DNA of 48,506 bases from Eubacteriales bacterium (lineage in GTDB: Bacteria > Bacillota > Clostridia > Oscillospirales > SIG627): contig JAZOVP010000010.1 of the NCBI GenBank assembly GCA_045658765.1, positions 1 through 48,506 on the forward strand. Reading direction: 5' to 3'. This document shows positions 28,579 through 41,011 of the stretch, one piece after another. The notes below the pieces were generated by a model. The model ran no database searches. It was not told where the DNA came from and saw only the letters and a program-made list of their open reading frames with translations. Position numbers and translations under genes: made by a program. Position 1 is the stretch's first letter, and the number at the start of each line of letters is the position of its first letter.

Positions 28579-29508
28579 TTATTTTTGGAGTGCCAGATCC
28601 ACAAGCGCTTCGCAAAGCTCGGGAAACGAAATGCCAACACTTCTCGCCGCATCGGGGAATAAGCTGAGCGAGGTCATTCCGGGGGAGGTATTGATTTCGA
28701 TCACAAAAGGATCGCCCTTTTCATCGAGCATCAAATCCACCCGCGCGTGCCCGCGGCATCCCGTGGCAAGATAGGCCTCTTTGGCAAGTAAAATCGCCTT
28801 TTCTTCCTGCTCGGGCTGAATTCTTGCAGGCAGAATGTGGTGGCTCTGACCGGGGGTGTATTTGGATTCATAATCATAAAATTGCCCTTCGGAAACAATT
28901 TCAATCACGGGCAAAGTTTGGATGATTTCATTTCCCATCACCGGAACAGTAAGCTCCGTGCCGGCAAGGAATTTTTCCGCCAAAATCAAATTTCCATAGG
29001 AAAAAAGTTCTTCGAGGGCATCTTTTGTTTTGGTTTGATCGCGCAGAATCACCGTGCCGATACTGCTTCCCTGCAAGGGAGATTTCAAAACAAGCGGAAG
29101 CCCAAGGGAATCGATCGCCCGAAGAAGCGCCTTTTCGGGTTCGCTCTCCTTTTCAATCACCAAAAATTCGGGAGTAGAAACCGCCGAAGCCGCAAGCACC
29201 TTTTTGGTCATAATCTTATCCATGCAAATCGCACTTGCTAAAACACCGGGGCCCGTATAAGGGATTTCAAGAAGATCGAGAAGCCCTTGAATCGAACCGT
29301 CTTCCCCGCCCTTTCCATGGAGCGCGATAAACACCGCATCGGGCGAAAGAGAGGCAATTTTGGAAAGATTCTCTTTTTGCGGATCGAGTTGGCTCACGCG
29401 TGCAAATTTTTCTCCAAGCGCCTCGGCAACCGCCGCGCCGCTTCGGAGGGAAACCTCGCGTTCGGTGCTATTCCCGCCCGAAAGAACCAAAATATGTTCG
29501 TTTCTCAT
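28579..29508 (-). CDS. ddl: D-alanine--D-alanine ligase
   Basis: GGNSTEREVSLRSG, LHGKGGEDG, GSSIG, YDYESKY, EINTSPG. Start set at the ATG after AGAGGA. Confidence 0.96.
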   Translation of the reverse strand: MRNEHILVLSGGNSTEREVSLRSGAAVAEALGEKFARVSQLDPQKENLSKIASLSPDAVFIALHGKGGEDGSIQGLLDLLEIPYTGPGVLASAICMDKIMTKKVLAASAVSTPEFLVIEKESEPEKALLRAIDSLGLPLVLKSPLQGSSIGTVILRDQTKTKDALEELFSYGNLILAEKFLAGTELTVPVMGNEIIQTLPVIEIVSEGQFYDYESKYTPGQSHHILPARIQPEQEEKAILLAKEAYLATGCRGHARVDLMLDEKGDPFVIEINTSPGMTSLSLFPDAARSVGISFPELCEALVDLALQK

Positions 29509-29564
29509 AAAAAATCCTCTTTGTGTTTTTCCATAGGATATGTTTTTTTCTTCGCTTCGTGAAT

Positions 29565-30194
29565 TCAAAGCGATGCCGCTTGGGAAAAAAATTCCCTCTT
29601 TTCAGCATAAACCTTCGGCAAAAAATCGCGCAAAAACAAGGCAAATGCCTTGCAAGATCGCTTCAAAAAGGCATCCACAAGCGCATCGGTGAAAATTTCC
29701 GATTCGGGCAAAATCTGGGTGGTATGCCAAGTGGCATTGAATTCCAAAAATGCGCGAATATCCTCTTCGGGAAAGGAAATTGTGCCCTGAAAGGGCTCGG
29801 GATTCCGAAGGCGCGCCCAAACTTCTTTTGCCCATTGGCTTCTCTGCGCCACTCGATTTCCCGCGCGTGCGAGCTCTTTTCGGTAATCCAAAAACCAATT
29901 TTCCTCGCCGTGGCTCTTGCGATGGGCTTTTTGGGGGCCGTTATCCCATAAATAATCAAGATATAAGTGAAAAAGCACCCCGAAATCAAAATCAAGCGAT
30001 AAATCAAGAGAAGATGCAAATTCAATCAGCTTTTCGAGCCGATTTTCGGGGGGCACATCGCGAAAATGCACCTTATCTTTCTTTTCGCGGCAGGAATCAA
30101 GGCAATCGGGCAAAATACACCCAAGCAAAAAAGAATCCGAATGCAAAGGAATCAGTTGCCATCCTGCGGCAAGGTGCATCATCGTGGCAGGCAT
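29565..30194 (-). CDS. Zinc-dependent phospholipase C/P1-nuclease-like hypothetical protein
   Basis: MP..MMHL, FLLGCILPD, H(F), G..FHLYLDYLW pattern of metal ligands. Confidence 0.55.
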   Translation of the reverse strand: MPATMMHLAAGWQLIPLHSDSFLLGCILPDCLDSCREKKDKVHFRDVPPENRLEKLIEFASSLDLSLDFDFGVLFHLYLDYLWDNGPQKAHRKSHGEENWFLDYRKELARAGNRVAQRSQWAKEVWARLRNPEPFQGTISFPEEDIRAFLEFNATWHTTQILPESEIFTDALVDAFLKRSCKAFALFLRDFLPKVYAEKREFFSQAASL

Positions 30195-30201
30195 AAAAAC
30201 C

Positions 30202-30687
30202 TCATTTCCATAAAATCTTTTTGGAAGCTAAACTTTTTTTCACAAAATAGCCAAATCCGCCCGCCGAAATCACTTCGCCCACCAAAATCGAGAAAAAGAG
30301 GAATAAAAATCCCGAATCCCGAAAGCCATAGGCAAAATATAAAACAGGCGGCACAATCAAGGCATTGGCAAGAATGGGCGGCAAAAACGGCAAAAACTTT
30401 TTCTTTCGAAAAAAGCGCGTGCCGATTGCGCCGAGGAAGGTGGCAAAGGTGCCAAAAATCACATCAATCCAAATTCCGCCGCAAAGAATATTGGCCAAAA
30501 AACAGCCAATCGTCAGCCCCGGCACCGCCGCCGCGGAAAACACGGGCAAAATGCAAAGTGCTTCGGAAAACCGAAGTTCAAAGGGGCCGATGGCAAGTCC
30601 GAGCGAGGCGGATAAAAGGGTGAGTGCCGCATAAAGCGCGGCGATGATTGCGCCCAAAGTAAGCGAGCGCAGGGAATTGCGTTTCAT
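30202..30687 (-). CDS. queT: QueT family queuosine-precursor transporter (ECF S-component)
   Basis: AIIAALYAALT, (Q/E)LRFSEAL, GLTIGCFLAN, DVIFGT. preQ1 riboswitch directly upstream. Confidence 0.92.
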   Translation of the reverse strand: MKRNSLRSLTLGAIIAALYAALTLLSASLGLAIGPFELRFSEALCILPVFSAAAVPGLTIGCFLANILCGGIWIDVIFGTFATFLGAIGTRFFRKKKFLPFLPPILANALIVPPVLYFAYGFRDSGFLFLFFSILVGEVISAGGFGYFVKKSLASKKILWK

Positions 30688-30695
30688 TTTTCATT

Positions 30696-30737
30696 CTCCT
30701 TAGTTTTGTTTTGAGTGAGGATGGTTTCGAACTCACT
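30696..30737 (-). ncRNA. preQ1 class I riboswitch
   Basis: AGUGAG-UUCGAAACCAUC-CUCACU-CAAAACAAAACUAAGGAG: P1 stem, UUCG..CCAUC loop, A-rich tail ending ACUA that overlaps the queT Shine-Dalgarno. Confidence 0.9.
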
Positions 30738-30743
30738 TTATCT

Positions 30744-30953
30744 TCAGTGCTTCTCTTTCAGAAGCGGCTCAATCGAGCCATCTTCATTCTGAATATCAAT
30801 TCTTCCGAGCGCCGCCAAGGTGCTGCGGCGAAAATCCTCGATATATTCCTTGCGAAGCGCTGCCTGTTCTTCTTTTTCCGCTTCGGTGAGCCCCTCGGGG
30901 GTTTTCGATTTGCGGGCAAGAACATTGATGCGATCGATCTTTTCTTTGGTCAT
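30744..30953 (-). CDS. DUF896 (YnzC/UPF0291) family protein
   Basis: KIDRINVLARK..GLTEAEKEEQAALRKEYIEDFR. Confidence 0.9.
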   Translation of the reverse strand: MTKEKIDRINVLARKSKTPEGLTEAEKEEQAALRKEYIEDFRRSTLAALGRIDIQNEDGSIEPLLKEKH

Positions 30954-32461
30954 TTCAAAAACTCCTTCAGAGGAGCAAGATCAAGCGCGTTTTCTTCTTT
31001 CAAAAGATCAAATAATTTTTCGGCAATCACTTTGCATCCGCCGAAAATATTGGATTCCACATTCAAAGGCATCACGGGATCGTGCACGGAAAGGCGCAAA
31101 AGGAACCAACCATCGCCCTCGCCTTCGCCGAATGCGATACGCACTCCTTCAAAGCTATCATCGGCAACTGCCCAGCCGTTTTCTTTGCCTTTTTCTTCCA
31201 GCTTTGCAAGAATGGCTTCGCCAACAGGGCGAAAATCGGCTTCGGTAATATCAAAGCGAAGCTCGATGGATTCTTTCGGTTCGGCAAGATCGGCAATGAG
31301 TTCCACCAAATCTCTGCCCTCTTTTTTCATCTTTGCCGCGGCAATCAGAATACGGGTGGCAAGATAAGCCCCGTCATCAAGGAAGTAATTCTCGCGCAGA
31401 GCCGCGTGGCCGCTGGTTTCAATAGCAAGAGGAGTATTGATTCCGGCTTGGTTCATTTCAATCGCCTTATTGATCACGTTTTTATAGCCGCGCTTAAAGC
31501 GAAGGTGAGTGCCTCCGAGATTTTCTTCAATAAAGGTTTTCAGTCCCGAGGAAGTGATCGAGTCGGTTACCACCGCGCCCCCTTCGTTGCCCTCAAGTGC
31601 AATCACGGAAGCCAGCGCCACAAGGCGGTTGCGGTTGATTTCGCGACCCGTGGAATCCACGCATCCTGCGCGATCCACATCGGTATCAAAAATAATACCA
31701 AGATCCGCGCCGCTTCTCTTCACTGCAGAGCATGCAAATTCCATCGCGGTTTTATTTTCGGGATTGGGAATATGATTCGGGAAAGAACCGTCGGGCTCCA
31801 GAAATTCCGAGCCATCGGTATTGGCACCCAAGGGCTTCAATACCTTTTCCACATAAAATCCGCCCGCGCCGTTGCCGGCATCCACGGTAACATGGAAGCC
31901 CTCAAGCGCTTTTTCGCCACCGCCAACGCCATCGATAATCAGTTTTCTGAGGCGTGCGGCATAGGTGGTCATATAATCCACTTCTTCGCTTTTGCCGCCC
32001 TCGGCATTGGGAGCAAATTTTTCTTCTTGGCAAAGGGTGAGAATCTCTTTGATGTCGTTTCCTTCCAAACCGCCCGTGGGAAGGAAGAATTTCAGTCCGT
32101 TGCGGTTCCAAGGATGATGGGATGCGGTGATTTGAATGGCGGCATCGGTTTTCAGATCCACCGTGGTCATAAACATCGCGGGAGTGGAAGCAAGCCCGCA
32201 AAGGAGCACGTGATTTCCCTTTTCCATAAGCACTTTTTCCAAAATTGCCATAATGCGAGGGCCGGAAAGGCGGCTATCTCTGCCAATGGCAATCAGATTT
32301 TCGGTTTTGCCCGTTTTCTTTTGCAGCCAAAGCGCAAAGGAAGCGGCAATTTTTTCAATAATTTCATCGGTCAGATCCACATTCTGGCCTTCCACGCCCT
32401 CAAGCGCCACACCGCGGATATCGGTTCCGCTCTTTAAATGTTTCCAAGGATTTGTAAGCAT
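30950..32461 (-). CDS. Phosphomannomutase/phosphoglucomutase
   Basis: SGTDIRG, phosphoserine loop TASHHP, FDTDVDR, ETSGH. RBS spacing favours ATG 32461 (alternative 32467). Confidence 0.93.
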   Translation of the reverse strand: MLTNPWKHLKSGTDIRGVALEGVEGQNVDLTDEIIEKIAASFALWLQKKTGKTENLIAIGRDSRLSGPRIMAILEKVLMEKGNHVLLCGLASTPAMFMTTVDLKTDAAIQITASHHPWNRNGLKFFLPTGGLEGNDIKEILTLCQEEKFAPNAEGGKSEEVDYMTTYAARLRKLIIDGVGGGEKALEGFHVTVDAGNGAGGFYVEKVLKPLGANTDGSEFLEPDGSFPNHIPNPENKTAMEFACSAVKRSGADLGIIFDTDVDRAGCVDSTGREINRNRLVALASVIALEGNEGGAVVTDSITSSGLKTFIEENLGGTHLRFKRGYKNVINKAIEMNQAGINTPLAIETSGHAALRENYFLDDGAYLATRILIAAAKMKKEGRDLVELIADLAEPKESIELRFDITEADFRPVGEAILAKLEEKGKENGWAVADDSFEGVRIAFGEGEGDGWFLLRLSVHDPVMPLNVESNIFGGCKVIAEKLFDLLKEENALDLAPLKEFLK

Positions 32462-32478
32462 ATTCATTCCTCCAAAGT

Positions 32479-35031
32479 TTAGTCGATGGGCTGGTCTTCC
32501 AGCGCTCTCATTTTATATTCGGTAAAAAATTGCTCGGTCCAAAGCACTTCGCGCGGCTTTGCGCCCGCAAACGGACCAACCACATTCATTTCCGCCATAA
32601 AATCAATCAGTTTTGCGGCTCTTGCATAACCAACCGAAAGCTTTCTCTGCAAAAGCGAGGTGGAAACTTTCTTTTCGGTTACTGCAATATAAATTGCCTT
32701 CTCAAGCAGCGGATCCTTATCGGCAAAAAGCCCTCCGCCTGCCGCATCGTCTTCCTCGTCGAAAAATCCGCCTTTTTTCTTCTCGCCGCATTTTTGCGCT
32801 TCGCGCTCAATCAAATTCGAAACCGATTCATCGTAAGATGCCCCTCTGCGGGCGCGAATATAATCGCAAACCGATTCCACTTCCGAATCCGAAACAAAGC
32901 ATCCCTGCACGCGCAAGGGCTTCGAAGAGCCAACGGGCGCATAAAGCATATCGCCCTTGCCGAGCAGTTTTTCCGCACCCATAATATCAATGATCGTGCG
33001 GCTATCCACTTGGCTGGCAACCGTGCAGGCAATTCTGGAAGGCACATTCGCCTTAATTAAACCGGTGATAACATCCACCGAAGGTCTTTGGGTACCGATC
33101 ACAAGGTGAAGCCCTGCGGCTCTTGCTTTCTGGGCAAGGCGGCAAATGCTCGTTTCCACTTCGGCCTTGGCGGTCATCATCAAATCCGCAAGCTCATCAA
33201 TGATAATCACAATGTGGCTCATGTGGCGGCGATCGGGATCGTTTTTGGTTACTTCATTATAGCCCTTAATATCGCGCACGCCAACTTCCTCAAGCTCAAT
33301 AAAGCGGCGCTCCATTTCAATCACAGCCCAGTTCAGCGCACCCGCGGCCTTTTTGGCATCGCTCACCACCGGCACAATCAAATGCGGAATTCCGTTGTAT
33401 TTGCTCATTTCCACCTTTTTCGGGTCGATGAGAATCATTTGCACTTCTTCGGGGGTGGCGCGGTATAAAATACTCACGATCAAAGAGTTTAAGCACACGG
33501 ATTTACCCATACCCGTGGCACCCGCAATCAGAATATGCGGCATTTTGGCAAGATCACAGAAAATCGAATTGCCCGCCACATCTTTTCCAAGACAGCAGTT
33601 CAATTTCGAAGCACTGTTCATAAATTCGCTCTTTTCAATCAGCTCGCGCACGAATACCGTTTCTCTTTCCTTATTCGGCACTTCAATCCCCACTGCCTCT
33701 TTTCCGGGAATGGGCGCTTCAATGCGCACTCCGCCCGCCGCCATGGCAAGCGCAATGTCATCCGTTAGATTCACAATCGAGCGAACTCTCACCCCTCTTT
33801 GGGGCTGAAGCTCATATCGGGTTACCGCGGGGCCTTTTGCAATCCCCGTTACCGTGGTTTTCACTCCAAAGCTGGAAAGACATTCCACCAATTTATTCGC
33901 CGTGCCTTCCTGCTCGCTTCTGCTTCCGGGATCGGCGGGAGGAGCGGCTTGAAGGAGGGATACGGTGGGGAAAGAATATTCCTCTTCTTTTTCTTCTCCT
34001 TCAAAATCGAGTTCGGTGGTTTCGGCGGGAATCTGCTCGCCGTATTTTTCTTCCAGTGCGGCGCGCGTTTCTGCTTCGGCGGCGGCAAAATCGCCGTTGA
34101 ATTCAGCATTTTCGGCATAAACCTTCGGCACCGGCTCGGAATCCATTTCCTCGATCGGCATAAATTCTCTTGCCTCGGCTTCTTCGGCGGCGGCAAGTGC
34201 CTCGGCCGCGGCAGCGGCCTCTTCTTCATAGGGAAGGCGAATGGCAAGCTCATCATCCGAAATCAGATCGCTCGGCGCTTCTTCGGTTACCGGCTCACCG
34301 CTTTCCAAATTCGCCGCACATTTGCCCTTTTTCTTTTTCTTTTCCGCGCGGAATTCTTCATTTCCTTCCGCGGCGCGAAGCTCTGCCAATCTCTGGCGCT
34401 CTTCTTCTCTTTGTTCACGGGCGCTCTGCCGGCGGTCAAGCCGATCCTCGCGCTCTTCTTTCCATTTTTCAATCAAAGGATAAATCACCGCGCGAATCAG
34501 ATCCGCAGGGGTTTTTCCGAATAAAAACGTGGTGAAAACAATCACCGCAATCAAAGCAATCACGGGCGCAAAAATCCCCACCACTGCATCGAGCAGGGCA
34601 TAAAGGGTGCCGCCAATGAGGCCGCCGGTTTGAAATTTGATTCCTCCCGAAAAATTCTGATCGGGAAGGAAGGTGGGTTCTTTTCCGGAAAACATTCCGC
34701 AAATCACCCCTAAAAATGCCATATCGGCAAAGGAAAACCAAAATTTATAAAGATAGCTTCCCGCTTCTAAATCTCTTTTATAAAAAACAGCGTGGAGCAA
34801 AAGAAAAATCGGGCACGCATAGGCACCAACGGAAAAAAGCCCCGCAAGCAGGGTGCTGATATTTCCCAAAAATCCGAGTTTTTCTTTGCCCAAAAGGAAG
34901 CATAGCCCCAAAAAGAGGGCAATCAGCCCCAAAATATAGGGCATCAAAATATGAATCGCGCGGTCTTCTGCCCTTGGCCTTCTTTTTAAATCCTTCGGGC
35001 TTCTTTTCGCAGTTCTTTTTCTTTGTGCCAT
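32479..35031 (-). CDS. ftsK: DNA translocase FtsK/SpoIIIE
   Basis: N-terminal TM segments, GATGMGKS, IIDELADLMM, TQRPSVDVITG, gamma domain LLQRKLSVGYARAA. Confidence 0.96.
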   Translation of the reverse strand: MAQRKRTAKRSPKDLKRRPRAEDRAIHILMPYILGLIALFLGLCFLLGKEKLGFLGNISTLLAGLFSVGAYACPIFLLLHAVFYKRDLEAGSYLYKFWFSFADMAFLGVICGMFSGKEPTFLPDQNFSGGIKFQTGGLIGGTLYALLDAVVGIFAPVIALIAVIVFTTFLFGKTPADLIRAVIYPLIEKWKEEREDRLDRRQSAREQREEERQRLAELRAAEGNEEFRAEKKKKKGKCAANLESGEPVTEEAPSDLISDDELAIRLPYEEEAAAAAEALAAAEEAEAREFMPIEEMDSEPVPKVYAENAEFNGDFAAAEAETRAALEEKYGEQIPAETTELDFEGEEKEEEYSFPTVSLLQAAPPADPGSRSEQEGTANKLVECLSSFGVKTTVTGIAKGPAVTRYELQPQRGVRVRSIVNLTDDIALAMAAGGVRIEAPIPGKEAVGIEVPNKERETVFVRELIEKSEFMNSASKLNCCLGKDVAGNSIFCDLAKMPHILIAGATGMGKSVCLNSLIVSILYRATPEEVQMILIDPKKVEMSKYNGIPHLIVPVVSDAKKAAGALNWAVIEMERRFIELEEVGVRDIKGYNEVTKNDPDRRHMSHIVIIIDELADLMMTAKAEVETSICRLAQKARAAGLHLVIGTQRPSVDVITGLIKANVPSRIACTVASQVDSRTIIDIMGAEKLLGKGDMLYAPVGSSKPLRVQGCFVSDSEVESVCDYIRARRGASYDESVSNLIEREAQKCGEKKKGGFFDEEDDAAGGGLFADKDPLLEKAIYIAVTEKKVSTSLLQRKLSVGYARAAKLIDFMAEMNVVGPFAGAKPREVLWTEQFFTEYKMRALEDQPID

Positions 35032-35366
35032 TAAAATTCCTCCGATGATTTGGCAGTCAGGCGGATCAAAAGATCCGTGTCGTCCGGTTGAATTCCGGTG
35101 AGCGCCGCTTTGTTGCGCACCGTCTCACCGCATTTTTTGCATTTATATAAAATCACAAAGCCCTTTTTCGGATGAGGGCTCGCCGCCACAGGCACCAATT
35201 CCCCTCGGCAGGGATTGGCGCGATCTCCCGGGAAAAGATCCACATGAAGCGAATGAAGGCAAAACGGGCAGTGATCGCGACTGGTTACTTCATTCGGAAG
35301 CACTTCTTTTTGGCAGTGCGCGCAAAGAAAGCCGCTATCGTTTTTCCGAAACCGTTTTTCTTCCAT
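35031..35366 (-). CDS. RNHCP domain protein
   Basis: F.CAHC..V, RDHCPFCLHSLHVD..PGDRA..C, CKKCG. Start at the ATG after GAGGAG. Confidence 0.88.
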   Translation of the reverse strand: MEEKRFRKNDSGFLCAHCQKEVLPNEVTSRDHCPFCLHSLHVDLFPGDRANPCRGELVPVAASPHPKKGFVILYKCKKCGETVRNKAALTGIQPDDTDLLIRLTAKSSEEF

Positions 35367-35376
35367 TCCAATCTCC

Positions 35377-35874
35377 TCATTCTTGCCAAGCGATCGCAAT
35401 CAGGTGCTTTCCGATCGTTTGATATTCGATCCGAAATTTTTTTCCGGCATAAAAGGCAAAATTTTCGCGCACCGAAATCTTTTTCAGTGCCGAAATTCCC
35501 TCTCCGCCAATTTTGGAAACCGCTTCCTTGGCGGTCCAAATTCTGGAAAAGGGCTCCTTTTTTTCTTCGGAATCAAAATATTTTTCTGCAATTTTTTCGC
35601 GATACGGCAAATTCTCTTCTTCCGCATCAATCCCAATGGGAAACGGCGCAAAAACCGCCGCGAAAAAAGAGCCCGCGTGAGTTACCGAAAGATGATGCGC
35701 CATCGAGGAAAACACGGGCTTTCCGCTCTCTTGATACCGCACTTCTTCCGCTTTTTTGCCGATGCGGGAAAAATAATCCGCCGAGGCGGCAAGAGTGAGC
35801 GCTTTCGACTCCTCTCTTGCATCGCCTCGGAGAGATTGAGTGAAAAGATAAAAATTATTCTTCACTCTCGTCAT
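35377..35874 (-). CDS. 4'-phosphopantetheinyl transferase superfamily protein (short Sfp-like)
   Basis: [24 protein letters not shown]. Start uncertain, overlapping the gyrA end. Confidence 0.8.
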   Translation of the reverse strand: MTRVKNNFYLFTQSLRGDAREESKALTLAASADYFSRIGKKAEEVRYQESGKPVFSSMAHHLSVTHAGSFFAAVFAPFPIGIDAEEENLPYREKIAEKYFDSEEKKEPFSRIWTAKEAVSKIGGEGISALKKISVRENFAFYAGKKFRIEYQTIGKHLIAIAWQE

Positions 35875-38431
35875 TTTCTTCTTCGGGAATTTCATCCGAA
35901 TCGGCTTCGATTTCCGCAAGATCGGGCACTTCTTCGCCTTCGATCATCACTTCGCCCGATTCCACCGCCGCTTCGGCTTCTTTTTCCAATTCGTCATCTC
36001 CGGTTACTCTTTGGAACGAGGTCAAGGTTTCGCCCTCTTCGGTGCGAATCACCCAAATACCGCTCGCGCCTCTGCCAACCTTGGAAATATCGGCGGCGTG
36101 CACGCGGATCATCTTGCCGTTGGAAGCAATCAGAAGCAAATCGTCGTCTTCGGTAACCGCAGAAATACCAACCAGCTTTTCGCCCGCCTTACCGCCGAGC
36201 GCCTGGCACTTCATACCCTTACCGCCGCGGTGCTTGGCGGCAAAGGAATCAAAGTCGCTTCGTTTGCCAACCCCGTTGTCGGTCATGGTAACAAGATCTC
36301 TTTCTTCGCCTTCGCTGCGAATCGCAACCGCGCCGCAAACATCTTCGTTTTCGGCAAGGCGCATTGCGCGCACACCGCGCGCGGTTCTGCCCATCAGGCG
36401 AATTTCATCTTCATGGAAACGAACAGCAAGACCATTTGTGGCAGCCACAAAAAGATCGCCCTCGCCCTCGGTTTTATTCACATATAAAAGCTCATCGCCT
36501 TCGGCAAGCGTGATCGCCTTCACCCCATCTCTTCTCACATGGCGGAAGAGTTTTAAAGGAGTGCGCTTCACAAAGCCCTTTTTCGTAACAAACGATAAAA
36601 TTTCCTCGGTGGCAAGCTTTTGCACCGAAAGATAAGCCGTGATCTTTTCGTTTTCTTTTAAGTTGAGCACATTCACAAGGTTCGTGCCCTTGGCATTTCT
36701 GCCTGCTTCGGGAATTTCATAGCACTTCTTCACATAAAGTCGGCCTTGATTCGAGAAGAAGAACACAAAATTATGGCTATGGCTCACAAAAAGATCGCGA
36801 ATCGAATCTTCTTCTTTGGTGGTAAGCGCTCTCATGCCCTTGCCGCCCGCTCTTTGCGCTTCGTAATCCGAAAGGCGCTGACGCTTGATATAGCCCGCAT
36901 GGGTGATGGTAACCACCGCCTTGTGCTTTTCAATCAAATCTTCCAGCACAATATCATCTGCCGCCTGCTCAATGGTGGTTCTTCTTTCATCGCCGAATTT
37001 TCTGCGAATTTCGGAAAGCTCTTCCTTGAGCACTGCAAGCAATTTTTCTTTATCCGACAAAATGGCGCGGAGTTCTTCGCAAAGCTTCTGCTTTTCTGCC
37101 ATTTCTTCCAGAATCTTTTCAATTTCAAGTCCCGCAAGTCGACCGAGCGGCATTTCCACAATCGCCTGACCCTGCGCATCGGAAAGAGCAAATCTTTCAA
37201 TCAGGGCAGCTTTTGCTTCTGCCACGGTTTTATGGCTTCTGATAATGCGAATCACTTCTTCGATATTGTCGATCGCAATTTTATAGCCCTCCAGAATATG
37301 AAGGCGAGCAAGTGCTTTCTTCAGATCAAATTCGCATCTTCTGGAAGTAACCTCTTCTTGGTGCTTGAGATAGTATTTGAGCATCTGCTTCAGGGAAAGG
37401 GTTTTGGGCTCGCCGTTCACAAGGGCAAGCATATTCATCGCAAAGGTTTCCTGAAGGCGGGAATATTTATAAAGAAGATTGAGCACCACTTCGCGGTTGG
37501 CATCGTGGCGAAGCTCGATCACAATGCGAATCTTGCCCTTGCAGCTTTCATCGCGCAGATCCACAATTCCCTCAATTCTCTTATCCTTCACCAGATCCGC
37601 AATGCCGCGAACCAAATCGGATTTATTCACCTGATAAGGAATCTCGTCCACAATAATGCACTCGCGCTTGCCATGGGTTTCAAAATGGGTGCGGCTGCGC
37701 ATCAGCACCTTGCCTCGACCGGTCAAATATGCCTGCTCAATGCCGTTGGTGCCGTAAATCTTTGCCGCGGTGGGGAAATCCGGACCTTTCACAAAGGTCA
37801 TCAATTCTCTCACTTCCGCTTCGGGGTGATCCATCAGATAAATCACCGCATCGATCACTTCGCAAAGGTTATGAGGCGGGATATTCGTTGCCATACCCAC
37901 CGCAATACCAACACTTCCGTTGCAAAGCAAATTCGGGAAGCGGCTGGGAAGCACTGTGGGCTCTTTTAATTTGTTGTCGAAGTTGGGCACAAAATCCACA
38001 ACATCTTTTTCAATATCCTGAAGCATGGAATTGGCCATTTTTGCCATTCTTGCTTCGGTATAACGGTAAGCGGCGGCGCCGTCGCCGTCGATATTACCGA
38101 AGTTTCCGTGGCCTTCCACCAAAGGATAGCGCATGGAAAAGCTCTGCGCCAAGCGCACCATCGCATCATACACCGCGCTGTCGCCGTGGGGATGGTAATG
38201 ACCGAGCACATTACCCACCGTGGTTGCAGATTTACGGAAGGGCTTATCGCTCGTGAGCTTGTCTTCATACATTGCATAAAGAATTCTGCGGTGAACGGGC
38301 TTTAAACCGTCGCGAACATCGGGCAGAGCGCGCCCAACAATCACGCTCATCGAATAATCGATATAGCTTTTTTTGATTTCTTTTACAATGTCAACATTTT
38401 CAATTTTTTGTCCGGATAAATTCAATTCCAT
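35855..38431 (-). CDS. gyrA: DNA gyrase subunit A
   Basis: HPHGDS, catalytic AAYRYTE, GyrA-box QRAGGKG, acidic tail. Confidence 0.98.
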   Translation of the reverse strand: MELNLSGQKIENVDIVKEIKKSYIDYSMSVIVGRALPDVRDGLKPVHRRILYAMYEDKLTSDKPFRKSATTVGNVLGHYHPHGDSAVYDAMVRLAQSFSMRYPLVEGHGNFGNIDGDGAAAYRYTEARMAKMANSMLQDIEKDVVDFVPNFDNKLKEPTVLPSRFPNLLCNGSVGIAVGMATNIPPHNLCEVIDAVIYLMDHPEAEVRELMTFVKGPDFPTAAKIYGTNGIEQAYLTGRGKVLMRSRTHFETHGKRECIIVDEIPYQVNKSDLVRGIADLVKDKRIEGIVDLRDESCKGKIRIVIELRHDANREVVLNLLYKYSRLQETFAMNMLALVNGEPKTLSLKQMLKYYLKHQEEVTSRRCEFDLKKALARLHILEGYKIAIDNIEEVIRIIRSHKTVAEAKAALIERFALSDAQGQAIVEMPLGRLAGLEIEKILEEMAEKQKLCEELRAILSDKEKLLAVLKEELSEIRRKFGDERRTTIEQAADDIVLEDLIEKHKAVVTITHAGYIKRQRLSDYEAQRAGGKGMRALTTKEEDSIRDLFVSHSHNFVFFFSNQGRLYVKKCYEIPEAGRNAKGTNLVNVLNLKENEKITAYLSVQKLATEEILSFVTKKGFVKRTPLKLFRHVRRDGVKAITLAEGDELLYVNKTEGEGDLFVAATNGLAVRFHEDEIRLMGRTARGVRAMRLAENEDVCGAVAIRSEGEERDLVTMTDNGVGKRSDFDSFAAKHRGGKGMKCQALGGKAGEKLVGISAVTEDDDLLLIASNGKMIRVHAADISKVGRGASGIWVIRTEEGETLTSFQRVTGDDELEKEAEAAVESGEVMIEGEEVPDLAEIEADSDEIPEEENDESEE

Positions 38432-38466
38432 TGTATGGATTTCCTTTCTTTCGGCAAAACACTCCT

Positions 38467-38668
38467 TGTTTCACAAACAGCGTTTCACAGCAAATCGGGA
38501 TGCTTTTTTTCCACTTTTTCACGGTGGAACTTTTTTGGTTTTTTTTGGTAATGCCTTTTCATTCGGGGCATTTTCGGTTTTTTCTCTTGTGGATTTATTT
38601 CTTCACACCTTGTGGAAAACTTTTTTTCAAAAGCAAAGTTTCACACATTTTCCACAGGGTTTTCCACA
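38467..38668. promoter_or_regulatory. DnaA-box cluster in the gyrB-gyrA spacer
   Basis: Perfect TTWTNCACA at 38611 (reverse), 38648 and 38660. One-mismatch boxes at 38467, 38507, 38515 and 38599. Two-mismatch boxes at 38481, 38588 and 38637. Confidence 0.75.
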
Positions 38669-38669
38669 A

Positions 38670-41007
<2,338 letters not shown>

Positions 41008-41011
<4 letters not shown>

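Noticed and set aside
28579-29508. Van-type D-Ala-D-Lac ligase
   Set aside because: The omega loop YDYESKY is the D-Ala-D-Ala type and there are no vanH, vanX, vanR or vanS neighbours.
38160-38200. Quinolone-resistance substitution in GyrA
   Set aside because: The QRDR reads HGDSAVYD, the susceptible-type Ser and Asp.
38515-38531. parS-like site TTTTTCACGGTGGAACT
   Set aside because: It has an extra central base and end mismatches versus TGTTNCACGTGAAACA. It is better explained as degenerate DnaA boxes.
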